In this document: piece by piece, positions 25,311 through 35,501 of the stretch
Layout of the letters: each line of letters begins with the position of its first letter
Numbering within the stretch: the stretch's first letter is position 1
Assembly: GCA_963676245.1 (NCBI GenBank)
Contig: OY781042.1
Span: forward strand, 1,117,019-1,181,018
From: Sulfurovaceae bacterium
Lineage (GTDB): Bacteria; Campylobacterota; Campylobacteria; Campylobacterales; Sulfurovaceae
Direction: 5' to 3'
DNA: 64,000 nucleotides
Made by a program: the position numbers and the translations under genes
Notes under the pieces: generated by a model
Database searches by the model: none
Seen by the model: only the letters and a program-made list of their open reading frames with translations
What the model was told of the DNA's origin: nothing

Positions 25311-26020
25311 TAAGAGTTTTAATTTTTACATTTTTATTGCTATTTAGTTCTGTAAATGCTGTTGAGCTTGTACTAAGCGGTACGGCTATATCGGACAATC
25401 AAAAAGTTTTAGCAAGCCGAAACATGGGCTATCTTAAAAAGATGAATGTAAGCGAGGGTGATGAGGTCAAAAAAGGCGATTTACTCTATGAGATTGATCC
25501 GACAGAAGTCAATGCACAAAAACAGATGTATAGAAATCAGCTCAATAATATATTGAAAAATCTTGAGAGATATGAGAGATTGTTTAAAAAGGGAATGGTT
25601 TCAAAATATGACCTTGAAAACATGAGACTTGCTGCGCAAAATCAAAGAGAGATGTTGAGTATTGCCGAGGCTCAAGATGCATATCTTAAGGTAATCGCGC
25701 CTAACGATGGGATAATAATATCAAAAAATATGAATGAAGGCGAAATGGTCAATCCCGGAATGCCTGTTGTTATCTTGACCGATCTTACAGATATAAGAAT
25801 CGTGATTGAAATCAGCGAGAATGATCTTAAAAATATCAAAAAAGGCGATAAGGTAAAGGTGGATATCCCTTCTATCGAGCTAAGTACAGAAGGCGAGATA
25901 AGTTCTATCATTCCGGCTTCTAACCCTATGACGCATAAATTTAAAGCAAAGATAAAATTTGATAAAGCCGGAAAGAGTGTCTATCCGGGAATGTTTGCTC
26001 GAGTTACTTTGGAGTTATGA
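25307..26020 (+). CDS. Efflux periplasmic adaptor (membrane fusion protein, short form)
   Basis: 237 aa with a signal/anchor and a biotinyl-lipoyl-like hairpin (GDEVKKGDLLYEIDP ... APNDGIII). It overlaps the tolC-like gene by 4 nt. Confidence 0.75.
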   Translation: MIRVLIFTFLLLFSSVNAVELVLSGTAISDNQKVLASRNMGYLKKMNVSEGDEVKKGDLLYEIDPTEVNAQKQMYRNQLNNILKNLERYERLFKKGMVSKYDLENMRLAAQNQREMLSIAEAQDAYLKVIAPNDGIIISKNMNEGEMVNPGMPVVILTDLTDIRIVIEISENDLKNIKKGDKVKVDIPSIELSTEGEISSIIPASNPMTHKFKAKIKFDKAGKSVYPGMFARVTLEL

Positions 26021-26023
26021 TAG

Positions 26024-27622
26024 ATGGGAAAAGAGATTGAGAATAGCTCAAAATCGATGGATATAGCTGGAAAGCTTGCAAAAGGTTTTCTCAAAAATCC
26101 TCTCACTTCAGTGCTTGCTGCATTTTTAATCCTCGTAGGGTATATCGCACTTAGTTTTATGCCAAGAGAAGAGGATCCTCAAATTGCTATTTCGGGCGGT
26201 GCTGTTATCGTCGCACTCCCGGGCGCTAATGCAAGTGAAGTAGAAAAGGTGATTGTCAATCCTTTAGAGAGAAAGTTGCGCGAGATTAGCGGTATAGAGC
26301 ATATATATGGCATGGCGATGAATGATGTAGGAATCGTCAATGTGATGTACTATATAGGGCAAAACAGAGAAGATTCAAATCTCAAACTCTACGATAAAGT
26401 GATGCAAAACCTTGATTTGATGCCAAAAGGTGCGATGCAACCTCTTATCAAGCCTTTTGATATCGATATCGATATACCCATATTAACAGTTGCATTTTAT
26501 GTAAAAGATAGCACAAAAATAGATCAAATCAAGTTTTATGAAAAGATTCGTGATATTCAGCACTCCGTGAATGCCATAGAGAATGTTTCAAAAACAAATC
26601 TCAAAGGTGATAGAAGGGCACAATATAACATCGAAGTGGATTTGGGAAAACTAGCAGGCTATAATCTCTCACTCGGTCAGATAATGATGGCGATTCAATC
26701 AGTAGCTAAAGGTGTTCCCGATGTGAGCACAACAACACCTGATGGAAAATTGGTAGTTTTTGGACTTAAAAATGCTATTGAGAACATTGAGGATGTAAAA
26801 GATATCGCCGTTGCTCAATATGGCGGTTCTCTAATCTATCTCAGGGATGTTGCGAATATATATGAGGGTACAGATATACAAAACAAAAAGATAGCGACCA
26901 TCACTTATAGGGATTCAAAAGAGGAAGCATTGAGCAAAGATACTCAGCAAACCACTTTGAGCATTTCTAAACTTGCAGGTACCAATGCTGTTGTGGTAGC
27001 AAAAGAAGTTTTGGACTATCTCAAATCCCAAGAGAGTTCGCTCGATAATGCCGGAGTAGGGTATGTGGTAACACGAAATTATGGCGTGAGAGCTGACAAT
27101 GCCGTTAATGAGTTGATGCACCATCTTATCATCACAATCATTATTATCGCGATTATGCTTGTGTTTGCTCTTGGTTGGAAAGAGTCGCTCATCGTTACTT
27201 TTACCGTGCCTGCCATTTTGGCTGTGACGCTCTTTATCGCATATCTTGGTGGTCAGAGTATAAATCGTATCACTCTTTTTGCTTTTCTGCTCTCTCTGGG
27301 ACTTTTAGTTGATGCGGCTATCATCGTCATAGAAAATATCCACAGGCATCTTCATGATCATGATTCGCCTCATGAGAGTATGGAAGAGCTTTTGGTTGAA
27401 GCAACCAATGAGATAGGGCCACCTACAAATATCGCTACGCTTGCTATCATCCTTACGATGGTTCCTATGGCTTTTGTTGGTGGCATGATGGGCTCATTCA
27501 TGAAGCCTATACCGCTTAATGTGCCTGTAGCGCTCGTTGCCTCACTTTTTGTGGCATATATATTTACACCCTACCTTAGTTTGAAATTGCTCAAAAAAGA
27601 GCATGGGCACAAGGGGAAATAG
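26024..27622 (+). CDS. RND efflux permease, N-terminal half (TM1-6 plus first periplasmic loop)
   Basis: 532 aa. The TM4 motif LGLLVDAAIIVIENI is present. It ends at a TAG directly abutting the next ATG. Confidence 0.8.
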   Translation: MGKEIENSSKSMDIAGKLAKGFLKNPLTSVLAAFLILVGYIALSFMPREEDPQIAISGGAVIVALPGANASEVEKVIVNPLERKLREISGIEHIYGMAMNDVGIVNVMYYIGQNREDSNLKLYDKVMQNLDLMPKGAMQPLIKPFDIDIDIPILTVAFYVKDSTKIDQIKFYEKIRDIQHSVNAIENVSKTNLKGDRRAQYNIEVDLGKLAGYNLSLGQIMMAIQSVAKGVPDVSTTTPDGKLVVFGLKNAIENIEDVKDIAVAQYGGSLIYLRDVANIYEGTDIQNKKIATITYRDSKEEALSKDTQQTTLSISKLAGTNAVVVAKEVLDYLKSQESSLDNAGVGYVVTRNYGVRADNAVNELMHHLIITIIIIAIMLVFALGWKESLIVTFTVPAILAVTLFIAYLGGQSINRITLFAFLLSLGLLVDAAIIVIENIHRHLHDHDSPHESMEELLVEATNEIGPPTNIATLAIILTMVPMAFVGGMMGSFMKPIPLNVPVALVASLFVAYIFTPYLSLKLLKKEHGHKGK

Positions 27623-29317
27623 ATGAAAAAATTTGAAAATTTTGTTTTTTCGATCCTTGAAACGCCCCTCAAGAAAAAAAGAGTTTTACAGATAACGGTT
27701 GCTCTGTTTGTTATAGCGATTTTGATGTTTCCGACAAAGATAGTTTTAGCCAAGATGCTTCCGGGGAAAAGTGACAATACATTTTCTGTCTATATAGACG
27801 CCCCAAGTGGCACATCGCTTGTGCAGACTCAAGAGATATCGCAATGCGTGATAGGTGAGCTCAAAAAAGAGCCGGAAATCCTCAACATGGAGCTATTTCT
27901 ATCTGATGGTATTCCGCTTGATTATGCAGGTTTGGTCAAGGGTTCAGGCATGAAAAACAGTGAGAATCTTGCAGAGCTTTCTGTGAATCTCACCTCCAAG
28001 CATGACAGAGATGAGACCTCTTTCCAAATGGTACATCGATTGAGACCGATTATCAAACAAAAATGTGAACCTTTGGTGGAACGCACATCGATTAAATTTA
28101 TAGAGCAACCCGCTGGTCCTCCTACGATGGCTTCTATTGTTGTAGAAGTTTATAGCGATGATGTAAAAAAAATACGAGAGGTTTCAAAAGATGTCGTAAA
28201 AATTCTCTCGAAAACAGAAGGACTTGTCGATGTTGATATCGTCGGCGATAAGATATTTAAAAAATATCAGCTCATTCCCGACAAAGATCGCATTGCAAGA
28301 AGTGGATTGAGTGTTGACCAGGTCAATAAAATACTCTACCTTGCTTTTGAGGGTATGGTTGTAGGTTATAAAAATACCAAAGATTATAGTGATCAGATAC
28401 CTATCTTCTTAGTGCTTGATAAGCAGAGTAAGACAATATCAAAGCAAGATGGATTTGCTATGCGCTCAAAACTCTCATCGTTGCAACTTATGAATGCCCA
28501 AGGGATGCTTGTTTCTCTGAGCGAAGTGGTAGATGTTAAAAAAGTAGATTCAGGCCCAACTATCATGCATAAAAATCTTGCGCGTATGCAAAATGTGATT
28601 GCTGAAACAGACGAGGTTTCACAAGTTTATCCACTTTTAGATGCCAGAAGTCAGATGATTGATTATTTTAGTAAAGATTATGAGGTCACAAAAGAGCCGG
28701 GGATGTCAACATATATGTTTGATCTCCATCTTAAAGATAAAAAGACAGGTAAAGAGGTACTTCTCAGGTGGGATGGCGAGATGAAGGTAACGCTCGATAC
28801 TTTTAGAGACCTTGGCGGTGCATTTATTGCTGCGCTTATATTGATATTTTTACTCCTTGTTGTCTACTATAAAAGCTTTAAGTTGAGTGGTATCGTGCTG
28901 TTGGGCTCATTTCTTTCTATTATCGGTGTTATCTTTGGGCATTTAGTTGCCGATATCGTCACAAGTGATACTTTCTTCTTGACAGCCACTTCACTCATAG
29001 GATTTATAGCCCTTATGGGAATAAGCTCAAGAAATTCGCTTCTACTCATAGATTTTGCAAAAGGTCTTATGGTTGATAAGGGGATAGAAAAGAGACGCGC
29101 TATAGCGATAGCAGCAGCTACAAGAGCAAAACCTATCGCACTTACTGCAGTAGCTATCATACTTGGCTCAGCACTGCTTGCAAGCGATCCTATCTTTGGT
29201 GGGCTTGGAGTTGCACTTATCTCGGGAACCGTTGCGGCAGTATTTGTTTCACTTCTCTTTATACCGATCTTGATGGATGGGAGTGATGCGATGAACTTTG
29301 AGCCAAAAGAGAACTAG
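27623..29317 (+). CDS. RND efflux permease, C-terminal half (TM7-12 plus second periplasmic loop)
   Basis: 564 aa. The ATG is preceded by AAGGGG with a 6-nt spacer. The architecture mirrors the first half and has a typical AcrB-family C-terminal TM bundle. Confidence 0.8.
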   Translation: MKKFENFVFSILETPLKKKRVLQITVALFVIAILMFPTKIVLAKMLPGKSDNTFSVYIDAPSGTSLVQTQEISQCVIGELKKEPEILNMELFLSDGIPLDYAGLVKGSGMKNSENLAELSVNLTSKHDRDETSFQMVHRLRPIIKQKCEPLVERTSIKFIEQPAGPPTMASIVVEVYSDDVKKIREVSKDVVKILSKTEGLVDVDIVGDKIFKKYQLIPDKDRIARSGLSVDQVNKILYLAFEGMVVGYKNTKDYSDQIPIFLVLDKQSKTISKQDGFAMRSKLSSLQLMNAQGMLVSLSEVVDVKKVDSGPTIMHKNLARMQNVIAETDEVSQVYPLLDARSQMIDYFSKDYEVTKEPGMSTYMFDLHLKDKKTGKEVLLRWDGEMKVTLDTFRDLGGAFIAALILIFLLLVVYYKSFKLSGIVLLGSFLSIIGVIFGHLVADIVTSDTFFLTATSLIGFIALMGISSRNSLLLIDFAKGLMVDKGIEKRRAIAIAAATRAKPIALTAVAIILGSALLASDPIFGGLGVALISGTVAAVFVSLLFIPILMDGSDAMNFEPKEN

Positions 29318-29380
29318 TCTTCCTCTCTTTTGCCCTTAATTATCCTTGTAGTATAATTAGCTCATTCAAAAGGAGATTAT

Positions 29381-29947
29381 ATGGCTACAATCGGTATGGG
29401 AGATATAAAAAAAGGCGTTCGTCTAGAGCTTGACAGCAACCCCTATAAGGTAATAGAATTTCAACATGTGAAACCCGGTAAAGGTGCGGCATTTGTAAGA
29501 GTAAAGATCAAAAATCTAGGTACAGGGAAAGTCATAGAAAAGACGATTCATGCCGGTGATAAGTTTGAAGTACCGAACTTAGAGCAAAAAACGATGCAAT
29601 ATCTCTATGATGATGGCGAGTTTTTGCAGTTTATGGACACAGAAACTTATGAGCAGATAGGACTCACTAAAGAGCAAGTCGGTGAAGATACCTTTAGCTT
29701 TATGATTGATGGGATGGAAGCAGATATCCTTTTTCATAACGGCAAAGCAATCTCGGTAGAGATACCACAAACAGTCGTACTCAAAGTTGTTGAGACACCA
29801 CCAAACTTTAAAGGCGATAGCCAAGGCGGAAAGAAACCGGCAACGCTCGAGAGTGGTGCGGTAGTACAAGTACCTTTCCATATCTTGGAAGGCGAGATGA
29901 TAAAAGTTGATACCATAGAAGGCGTCTATCTAGAAAAAGCAAAATAG
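29381..29947 (+). CDS. efp: Elongation factor P
   Basis: 188 aa with [18 protein letters not shown], which contains the conserved modified Lys loop. Confidence 0.95.
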   Translation: MATIGMGDIKKGVRLELDSNPYKVIEFQHVKPGKGAAFVRVKIKNLGTGKVIEKTIHAGDKFEVPNLEQKTMQYLYDDGEFLQFMDTETYEQIGLTKEQVGEDTFSFMIDGMEADILFHNGKAISVEIPQTVVLKVVETPPNFKGDSQGGKKPATLESGAVVQVPFHILEGEMIKVDTIEGVYLEKAK

Positions 29948-29956
29948 GAGGCTATC

Positions 29957-30520
29957 ATGGCAAGTGCATTAGTTCCTTTAGCGGAGGGTTTTGAGGAGAT
30001 AGAAGCGGTATCGCTTATCGACATCATGCGAAGAGGGGGCATCGAGGTTACGGTGGCTTATCTTGAGGGTGAGCTTGCAAGTGATTTGGTTACGGGTGCG
30101 AATGGCATAACCGTGCAAGCAGAAACTTCTATCAAAAATGCAATTGCCGATGATTTTGACATTATCATATTGCCTGGAGGTTGGGGTGGCACCAATAGGC
30201 TCGCTGAAGATCATATTGTTCAAGATTTACTCAAAAGCTTTCAATCCAAAGATAAATACATAGCGGCTATCTGCGCTGCACCGTATGCACTTCACAAAGC
30301 GGGTGTTTTAAGCCATAAATATACCTGCTATCCATCGGTTGAAGAGCAGATTGGCGGGAGTGGTTATACTGACAGAGAGAAAGTGGTCATTGAGGGGAAA
30401 GTGATGACTTCAAGAGGCCCCGGCACGGCTATCTGTTTTGGACTTGCTATCATCAAAGAGCTCGTAGGCATAGAGAGTTACAATATGGTACGCGCCGGCA
30501 CGCTCAGCGATTTTTGCTAG
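29957..30520 (+). CDS. DJ-1/PfpI (ThiJ) family protein
   Basis: 187 aa with the nucleophile-elbow AAICAAP and a LPGG motif. Confidence 0.85.
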   Translation: MASALVPLAEGFEEIEAVSLIDIMRRGGIEVTVAYLEGELASDLVTGANGITVQAETSIKNAIADDFDIIILPGGWGGTNRLAEDHIVQDLLKSFQSKDKYIAAICAAPYALHKAGVLSHKYTCYPSVEEQIGGSGYTDREKVVIEGKVMTSRGPGTAICFGLAIIKELVGIESYNMVRAGTLSDFC

Positions 30521-30568
30521 CGGAAAACCCCTTTTTTATTATCGCTTTTTATGAGTTAGGAATACTAT

Positions 30569-31291
30569 ATGAAAAAATTAATACTGTCTATTTTCGTCTT
30601 TACAAACCTCATTTTAAATGCCAATGAGGAAACTGATGCAAAGATTGCCGAAGATTGCAAAAAGATCGGGCAATATGCACTAGCAGGGGACAGGTACTAT
30701 AAGCAAAAACAGTTCACTAAAGCGCGAGAGCAGTATGAGATGCAAGTAGGCTGGGTAGAGACTTGTAGAGTTGATGATGAGTCTAGAGCGACAGCGTATA
30801 ATAATGTGGCACTTACCTATATCCATCAAGGAGAATACCTTAAAGCAGATGCTTGGCTGGGTCTTCTAAAAGAAGATAAGAAATCGATTTATAATAAGAA
30901 AAAATATAAAGCACAGATCGAAAAAGCCAAAAAAGAGCTTGAAGGAAGTTATATCGGCGAGTATTGGAGCTATTCGGGTAAAGCTCTGTGGGATTCGATA
31001 GTTGTGGCAAAAAGTGGCGATAGATATACTGTCACTTACGATGGTTATTATGTACCGCAATATTTTATGTACTATGGTCCAAATATGGGGGAGTTTTCTG
31101 CTGAAGTTGCTATCGAAGATAATCATGCAAAATATGTTCAAGATCCAAAAGAGTATAACGATTGTACATTTGAGTTTACATTTGAAGATAATCGTATTCA
31201 TGTAAAGCAGACACCGGGTGAATCATGGACTTGCGGTTTTGGTCATAATGTATATGCAGGTGGTACTTATTATAGGGTGAAAGGAAAATAA
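30569..31291 (+). CDS. Secreted hypothetical protein (TPR-like N-terminal half, Cys-containing C-terminal domain)
   Basis: Signal peptide MKKLILSIFVFTNLILNA. Coding-like composition. No recognisable catalytic motif. Confidence 0.6.
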   Translation: MKKLILSIFVFTNLILNANEETDAKIAEDCKKIGQYALAGDRYYKQKQFTKAREQYEMQVGWVETCRVDDESRATAYNNVALTYIHQGEYLKADAWLGLLKEDKKSIYNKKKYKAQIEKAKKELEGSYIGEYWSYSGKALWDSIVVAKSGDRYTVTYDGYYVPQYFMYYGPNMGEFSAEVAIEDNHAKYVQDPKEYNDCTFEFTFEDNRIHVKQTPGESWTCGFGHNVYAGGTYYRVKGK

Positions 31292-31380
31292 CCGAAAAAA
31301 TTGAACTAAACCTTCTTCGTCTTATTTCTCTTTTACCTCCTTTTCGCTATAGTCTTTTAAGATTTAATTAGAAGGTTTTT

Positions 31381-34300
31381 ATGTCCGATCAGCCAAAATA
31401 TACACACTTGCATCTTCACACAGAATACTCTTTGCTTGATGGTGCCAACAAGATAAAAGAGTTGGCAAAAAGAATCAAAGAGCTTGGGATGGATAGTGTT
31501 GCTATGACCGATCATGGCAATATGTTTGGAACGATCGATTTTTATAAAACGATGAAAAAAGAGGGCATCAAGCCGATTATTGGCATGGAGTGCTATCTTC
31601 ATAATCAAGAAGAGCTTGATGACAAAACTTCAAAACAGCGATTTCATCTCTGTTTGTACGCAAAAAATGATATAGGCTATAAAAATCTTATGTATCTAAG
31701 CTCAAGAGCATATATCGATGGCTTTTATTACTATCCAAGGATTAATAAAAAGCTCCTCAGAGAATACAGTGAAGGGCTAGTCTGCTCAAGTGCTTGTTTG
31801 CAAGGTGAGGTCAACTGGCATCTCAATCTGAGCGAGAGAAATATAGGATTTGGTGCAAAGGGGTATGAAGAGGCAAAAAGAACGGCCTTGGAGTACAAAG
31901 AGATATTTGGAGATGATTTCTACCTTGAGATTATGCGTCACGGCATCAAAGATCAATACCGTATTGATAAAGAGACAATACGACTTTCCAAAGAGACGGG
32001 CATTAAAATCATCGGCACAAATGATACGCACTATAAAGAACGAAGTGATGCTAGTCCACATGATGCATTTATGTGTATAGCGATGAATAAACTTTATGAT
32101 GATCCAAATAGGTTGGGGCACTCCGTTCAAGAGTTTTATATAAAATCTCCTCAGGAGATGTATGCACTTTTTGCCGACATCCCTGATGCTGTAGCAAATA
32201 CACAAGAGATCGCGCAGAAATGCAATTTAGAGATCAAACTTGGCGATGCTACGCCTCCAAATTTTAAATTTTGTCGAGATATGGCTGCCCTACATAACCT
32301 TGCACTTCCTGAGGCTCAAAATGAGTATTCGCTTGAAAATGACAAAGTGCTTTTTATCTACGAAGCAAGAAAAGGGCTTGAAGATCGACTTAAAAATATA
32401 CCGAAAGAAAAGCACGAGGAGTATAAAGAGCGTCTAGAGCGAGAGATAGAGGTCATAAATAGTATGAAGTTCCCGGGGTATATGCTCATAGTTTGGGATT
32501 TTGTCAGAGTAGCAAAAGAGAGAGGGATCCCCGTCGGACCCGGTCGCGGTTCGGCAGCGGGGTCACTTGTCGCTTATGCCTTGAGGATTACCGATATTGA
32601 TCCTATGCCTTACGATTTGCTTTTTGAGCGGTTTTTGAATCCGGAGCGTGTCTCAATGCCGGATATTGATATGGACTTTTGTCAGGCAAGACGCCAAGAG
32701 ATCTTGGATTATGTGATCGACAAATATGGCAGAGAAAATGTGGCGCAAATCATTACTTTTGGTAAGCTTATGGCAAAAGGGGTCATCCGCGATGTTGCTA
32801 GGGTACTTGATGTGCCTTACGCGCAAGCAGATGCCTTCGCGAAGCTGATACCTGATGAGATTGGTATCGTTTTGGATAGAGAAGAGAACAAAGAAAAAGA
32901 GATTAAGCCCGGTGCCATTCAACAAGAGCCAAAGATAAAAGAACTTATTGAGAGTGATGCAAAGATGAAGCAGGTTTGGGAGTTTGCAAAATCACTTGAA
33001 GGACTCAATAGAAATGCGGGAACGCATGCTGCCGGAGTTGTTATATCAAATGATCCTTTATGGCTCAAAACACCCCTATTTAAACCAAGTGGAGCAGATA
33101 CATTCGCGACACAATATAGCGGAAAATATGTAGAAGAGGTCGATCTCATCAAATTTGACTTTTTGGGGCTGAAGACATTAACCGTCATCGAAGAGGCAAA
33201 TAAGTTGGTCGAAAAGCGATATGGAAAGAGAGTTGATTTCGAGCAAGTTGATATATCCACCAAAGAGGTCTATGAGTATATAGGCAAGGGGCAGACTTTA
33301 GGACTCTTTCAGATCGAATCGGTGGGAATGCGAGATTTAGCAAAAAAACTCAAGCCTTCCGGTTTTGAAGATATTATCGCGATGCTTGCACTCTATCGCC
33401 CGGGACCGATGGAATCAGGCATGCTGCAAGATTTTGTTGAAAGAAAACACGGAAGAGCCGAGATTAGTTATATGTTTCCAGAGCTTGAACCTATACTGAA
33501 GCCAACCTATGGAGTCATTGTTTATCAAGAACAAGTTATTCAGATAGTGCAAACTATCGGTGGATTTAGTCTTGGTGGCGCAGATCTTGTGCGGCGTGCG
33601 ATGGGGAAAAAGATTAAAGAGGAGATGGATAAACTCAAAATTGATTTTGCTGATGGAGCGCAGCAAAAAGGACATGATAGAGCAAAGGCTGAAGAACTTT
33701 TTGAGCTTATCGTAAAATTTGCAGGCTATGGATTCAATAAATCTCACTCGGCTGCTTATGCAATGGTTACTTTCTATACCTCATATTTGAAGTGTTTTTA
33801 TCCTACTGAGTTTATGGCTGCACTTTTGACACTTGATAAGGATAATACTGACAAGATCGTCAAATATGTTGTTGAGCTTGAAAATATGGATATCGAACTT
33901 CTGCCACCAAGTATCAATCGTTCAGATCTTGTGTTTAAAGCAGATCAGATAGAGGGCAAAGAGGTTATTCTCTTTGGTTTGAGTGCCCTTAAAGGGGTAG
34001 GTGAGATCGCTGTTCGCTCTATTCTCAAAGCAAGAGAGGAGGGGGCATTTCATTCGATCTCTGATTTTCTCTCTCGTATTGACTCTTCTAAGGTCAATAA
34101 AAAAATTTTAGAGTCGCTTATAAAGGCGGGTGCACTTGATGAGCTCGGGCACACAAGACACGCGATGTTGGAACAGATTGAGATTTTGGTTGAGGGTGCC
34201 TATAAGGCTTCACAAGCTAAAAAGATGATAGAGGGTTCACTTTTTGGAGAGAGTGATGAGATAGGGGTTGTCTCTATCGAGATACAAGAGATGAGCGAGT

Positions 34301-34962
34301 ATGACTTAAAATATATCTTAGAGATGGAAAAAGAGACACTTGGATTTTATGTCTCAGGACATCCGCTGGATGATTACAGAGAAGAGTTGGAGGGTATAGA
34401 ATACAACTTTAGCACCGAGGTGGATGAGCTTGCAAACGGCTCTCAAGCGCTCTTTATAGGTAAAGTAGAAGAGATTGCCGAGAAGATGTCCAAAAAAGGG
34501 AATAAGTTTGCTATTGTGAAGTTGCTTGATTATCATGGAAGTATGGAGTTTATGATCTATGAAGATAAGCTTAGTGAGCTGAAAGAGGATTTTGACCTTT
34601 TAAAACCTATCGCCTTTAAAGTAAAAATAAAAAAAGAAGAAGATAAGACCGGTTTTAATATTTTAAAAATCATAAGACTAAAAGATGTAAAAAAAGAGAG
34701 AGTGAAGGTTCTCAAAGATGATAAAGTCGAGGAGGATGTAGCAGCAGATTATCTTCCTTTCTCTATTGCTATAGAGGATATCAAAGATGATGCTATGATA
34801 AAAAGTATATTTGATATCGTGATAGCAAACCCAGGAGAGTATCCGCTTGAATTATGTTTAAAGAGTGATACGGCTGATGTTGTCATAGAGTCAAGCCTTA
34901 GGGTTTCTGAATCATTTGTGAAGGATGTTGAGGCATTAGGGATAAGTATAAAATATCCCTAA
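31381..34962 (+). CDS. dnaE: DNA polymerase III alpha subunit
   Basis: 1193 aa with the PHP domain HLHLHTEYSLLDG, the polymerase core (PDIDMDF, GLLKMDFLGL-like FDFLGLKTL) and a C-terminal OB region. Confidence 0.96.
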   Translation: MSDQPKYTHLHLHTEYSLLDGANKIKELAKRIKELGMDSVAMTDHGNMFGTIDFYKTMKKEGIKPIIGMECYLHNQEELDDKTSKQRFHLCLYAKNDIGYKNLMYLSSRAYIDGFYYYPRINKKLLREYSEGLVCSSACLQGEVNWHLNLSERNIGFGAKGYEEAKRTALEYKEIFGDDFYLEIMRHGIKDQYRIDKETIRLSKETGIKIIGTNDTHYKERSDASPHDAFMCIAMNKLYDDPNRLGHSVQEFYIKSPQEMYALFADIPDAVANTQEIAQKCNLEIKLGDATPPNFKFCRDMAALHNLALPEAQNEYSLENDKVLFIYEARKGLEDRLKNIPKEKHEEYKERLEREIEVINSMKFPGYMLIVWDFVRVAKERGIPVGPGRGSAAGSLVAYALRITDIDPMPYDLLFERFLNPERVSMPDIDMDFCQARRQEILDYVIDKYGRENVAQIITFGKLMAKGVIRDVARVLDVPYAQADAFAKLIPDEIGIVLDREENKEKEIKPGAIQQEPKIKELIESDAKMKQVWEFAKSLEGLNRNAGTHAAGVVISNDPLWLKTPLFKPSGADTFATQYSGKYVEEVDLIKFDFLGLKTLTVIEEANKLVEKRYGKRVDFEQVDISTKEVYEYIGKGQTLGLFQIESVGMRDLAKKLKPSGFEDIIAMLALYRPGPMESGMLQDFVERKHGRAEISYMFPELEPILKPTYGVIVYQEQVIQIVQTIGGFSLGGADLVRRAMGKKIKEEMDKLKIDFADGAQQKGHDRAKAEELFELIVKFAGYGFNKSHSAAYAMVTFYTSYLKCFYPTEFMAALLTLDKDNTDKIVKYVVELENMDIELLPPSINRSDLVFKADQIEGKEVILFGLSALKGVGEIAVRSILKAREEGAFHSISDFLSRIDSSKVNKKILESLIKAGALDELGHTRHAMLEQIEILVEGAYKASQAKKMIEGSLFGESDEIGVVSIEIQEMSEYDLKYILEMEKETLGFYVSGHPLDDYREELEGIEYNFSTEVDELANGSQALFIGKVEEIAEKMSKKGNKFAIVKLLDYHGSMEFMIYEDKLSELKEDFDLLKPIAFKVKIKKEEDKTGFNILKIIRLKDVKKERVKVLKDDKVEEDVAADYLPFSIAIEDIKDDAMIKSIFDIVIANPGEYPLELCLKSDTADVVIESSLRVSESFVKDVEALGISIKYP

Positions 34963-34966
34963 TTTT

Positions 34967-35428
34967 TTATCTGTGATTTGGGCATCTTGGGATATATCTA
35001 TTGATTGCATTCTCTCCATAGTGTTTACCGTCTAAAATCTCTTCATCAGGCATTACATTTTGTGCTTTTACACCAAAGCTTGTATCGTAAAGTCTTACAT
35101 AAAGCGTTGTTGCATTGTTTTCTTGTGTTACATCTAGGGTAATGCTATTTGAGACGAGTCTATTGCCTATTTTTGTTTTGATATTTACGGGCACTTTACC
35201 GTAGCAAACATCTGTTTCTATATATTGATTTGATTTTACTATCCCTGTAATTCTTCCATTGATAAAGACAATAGCTGCCGGCGAGGATGCGCTCGCTGCG
35301 TCTCTGTAGAAATATATTTTTGCATCACCTTTTTTGTGATTGATCATACTTGCCTCAACCTTTGAAGAGCATCCGCTCAATGTAAAGATAGCAAGCAATA
35401 TTGTCAATATTCCCATGATATATCTCAT
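34967..35428 (-). CDS. Small lipoprotein of unknown function (possibly DUF2846-like)
   Basis: 153 aa with lipobox LSGCSS. The family assignment is a guess from the YFYR...INGR pattern only. Confidence 0.6.
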   Translation of the reverse strand: MRYIMGILTILLAIFTLSGCSSKVEASMINHKKGDAKIYFYRDAASASSPAAIVFINGRITGIVKSNQYIETDVCYGKVPVNIKTKIGNRLVSNSITLDVTQENNATTLYVRLYDTSFGVKAQNVMPDEEILDGKHYGENAINRYIPRCPNHR

Positions 35429-35460
35429 CGAATTCCTTTTAAGTGTAAGATTGAAAACAG

Positions 35461-35496
35461 CCCGGCAAGAGCAGCTGTCCGCTTTTCTCTCGCCGG
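35461..35496 (-). terminator. Possible hairpin terminator after the giant adhesin gene
   Basis: The minus strand reads ccggcgagag-15 nt-ctcttgccgg followed by gctgttttc, beginning 5 nt after the stop at 35502. There is one mismatch in the stem. Confidence 0.4.
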
Positions 35497-35501
35497 ATTG
35501 A

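Noticed and set aside
23925-29317. The TolC/MFP/RND operon as the secretion system for the giant adhesin.
   Set aside because: Type I secretion needs an ABC transporter with its own membrane fusion protein. This operon is a proton-driven tripartite efflux pump (RND permease) located 6 kb away on the other side of efp-dnaE. Its TolC-like protein could at most be shared.
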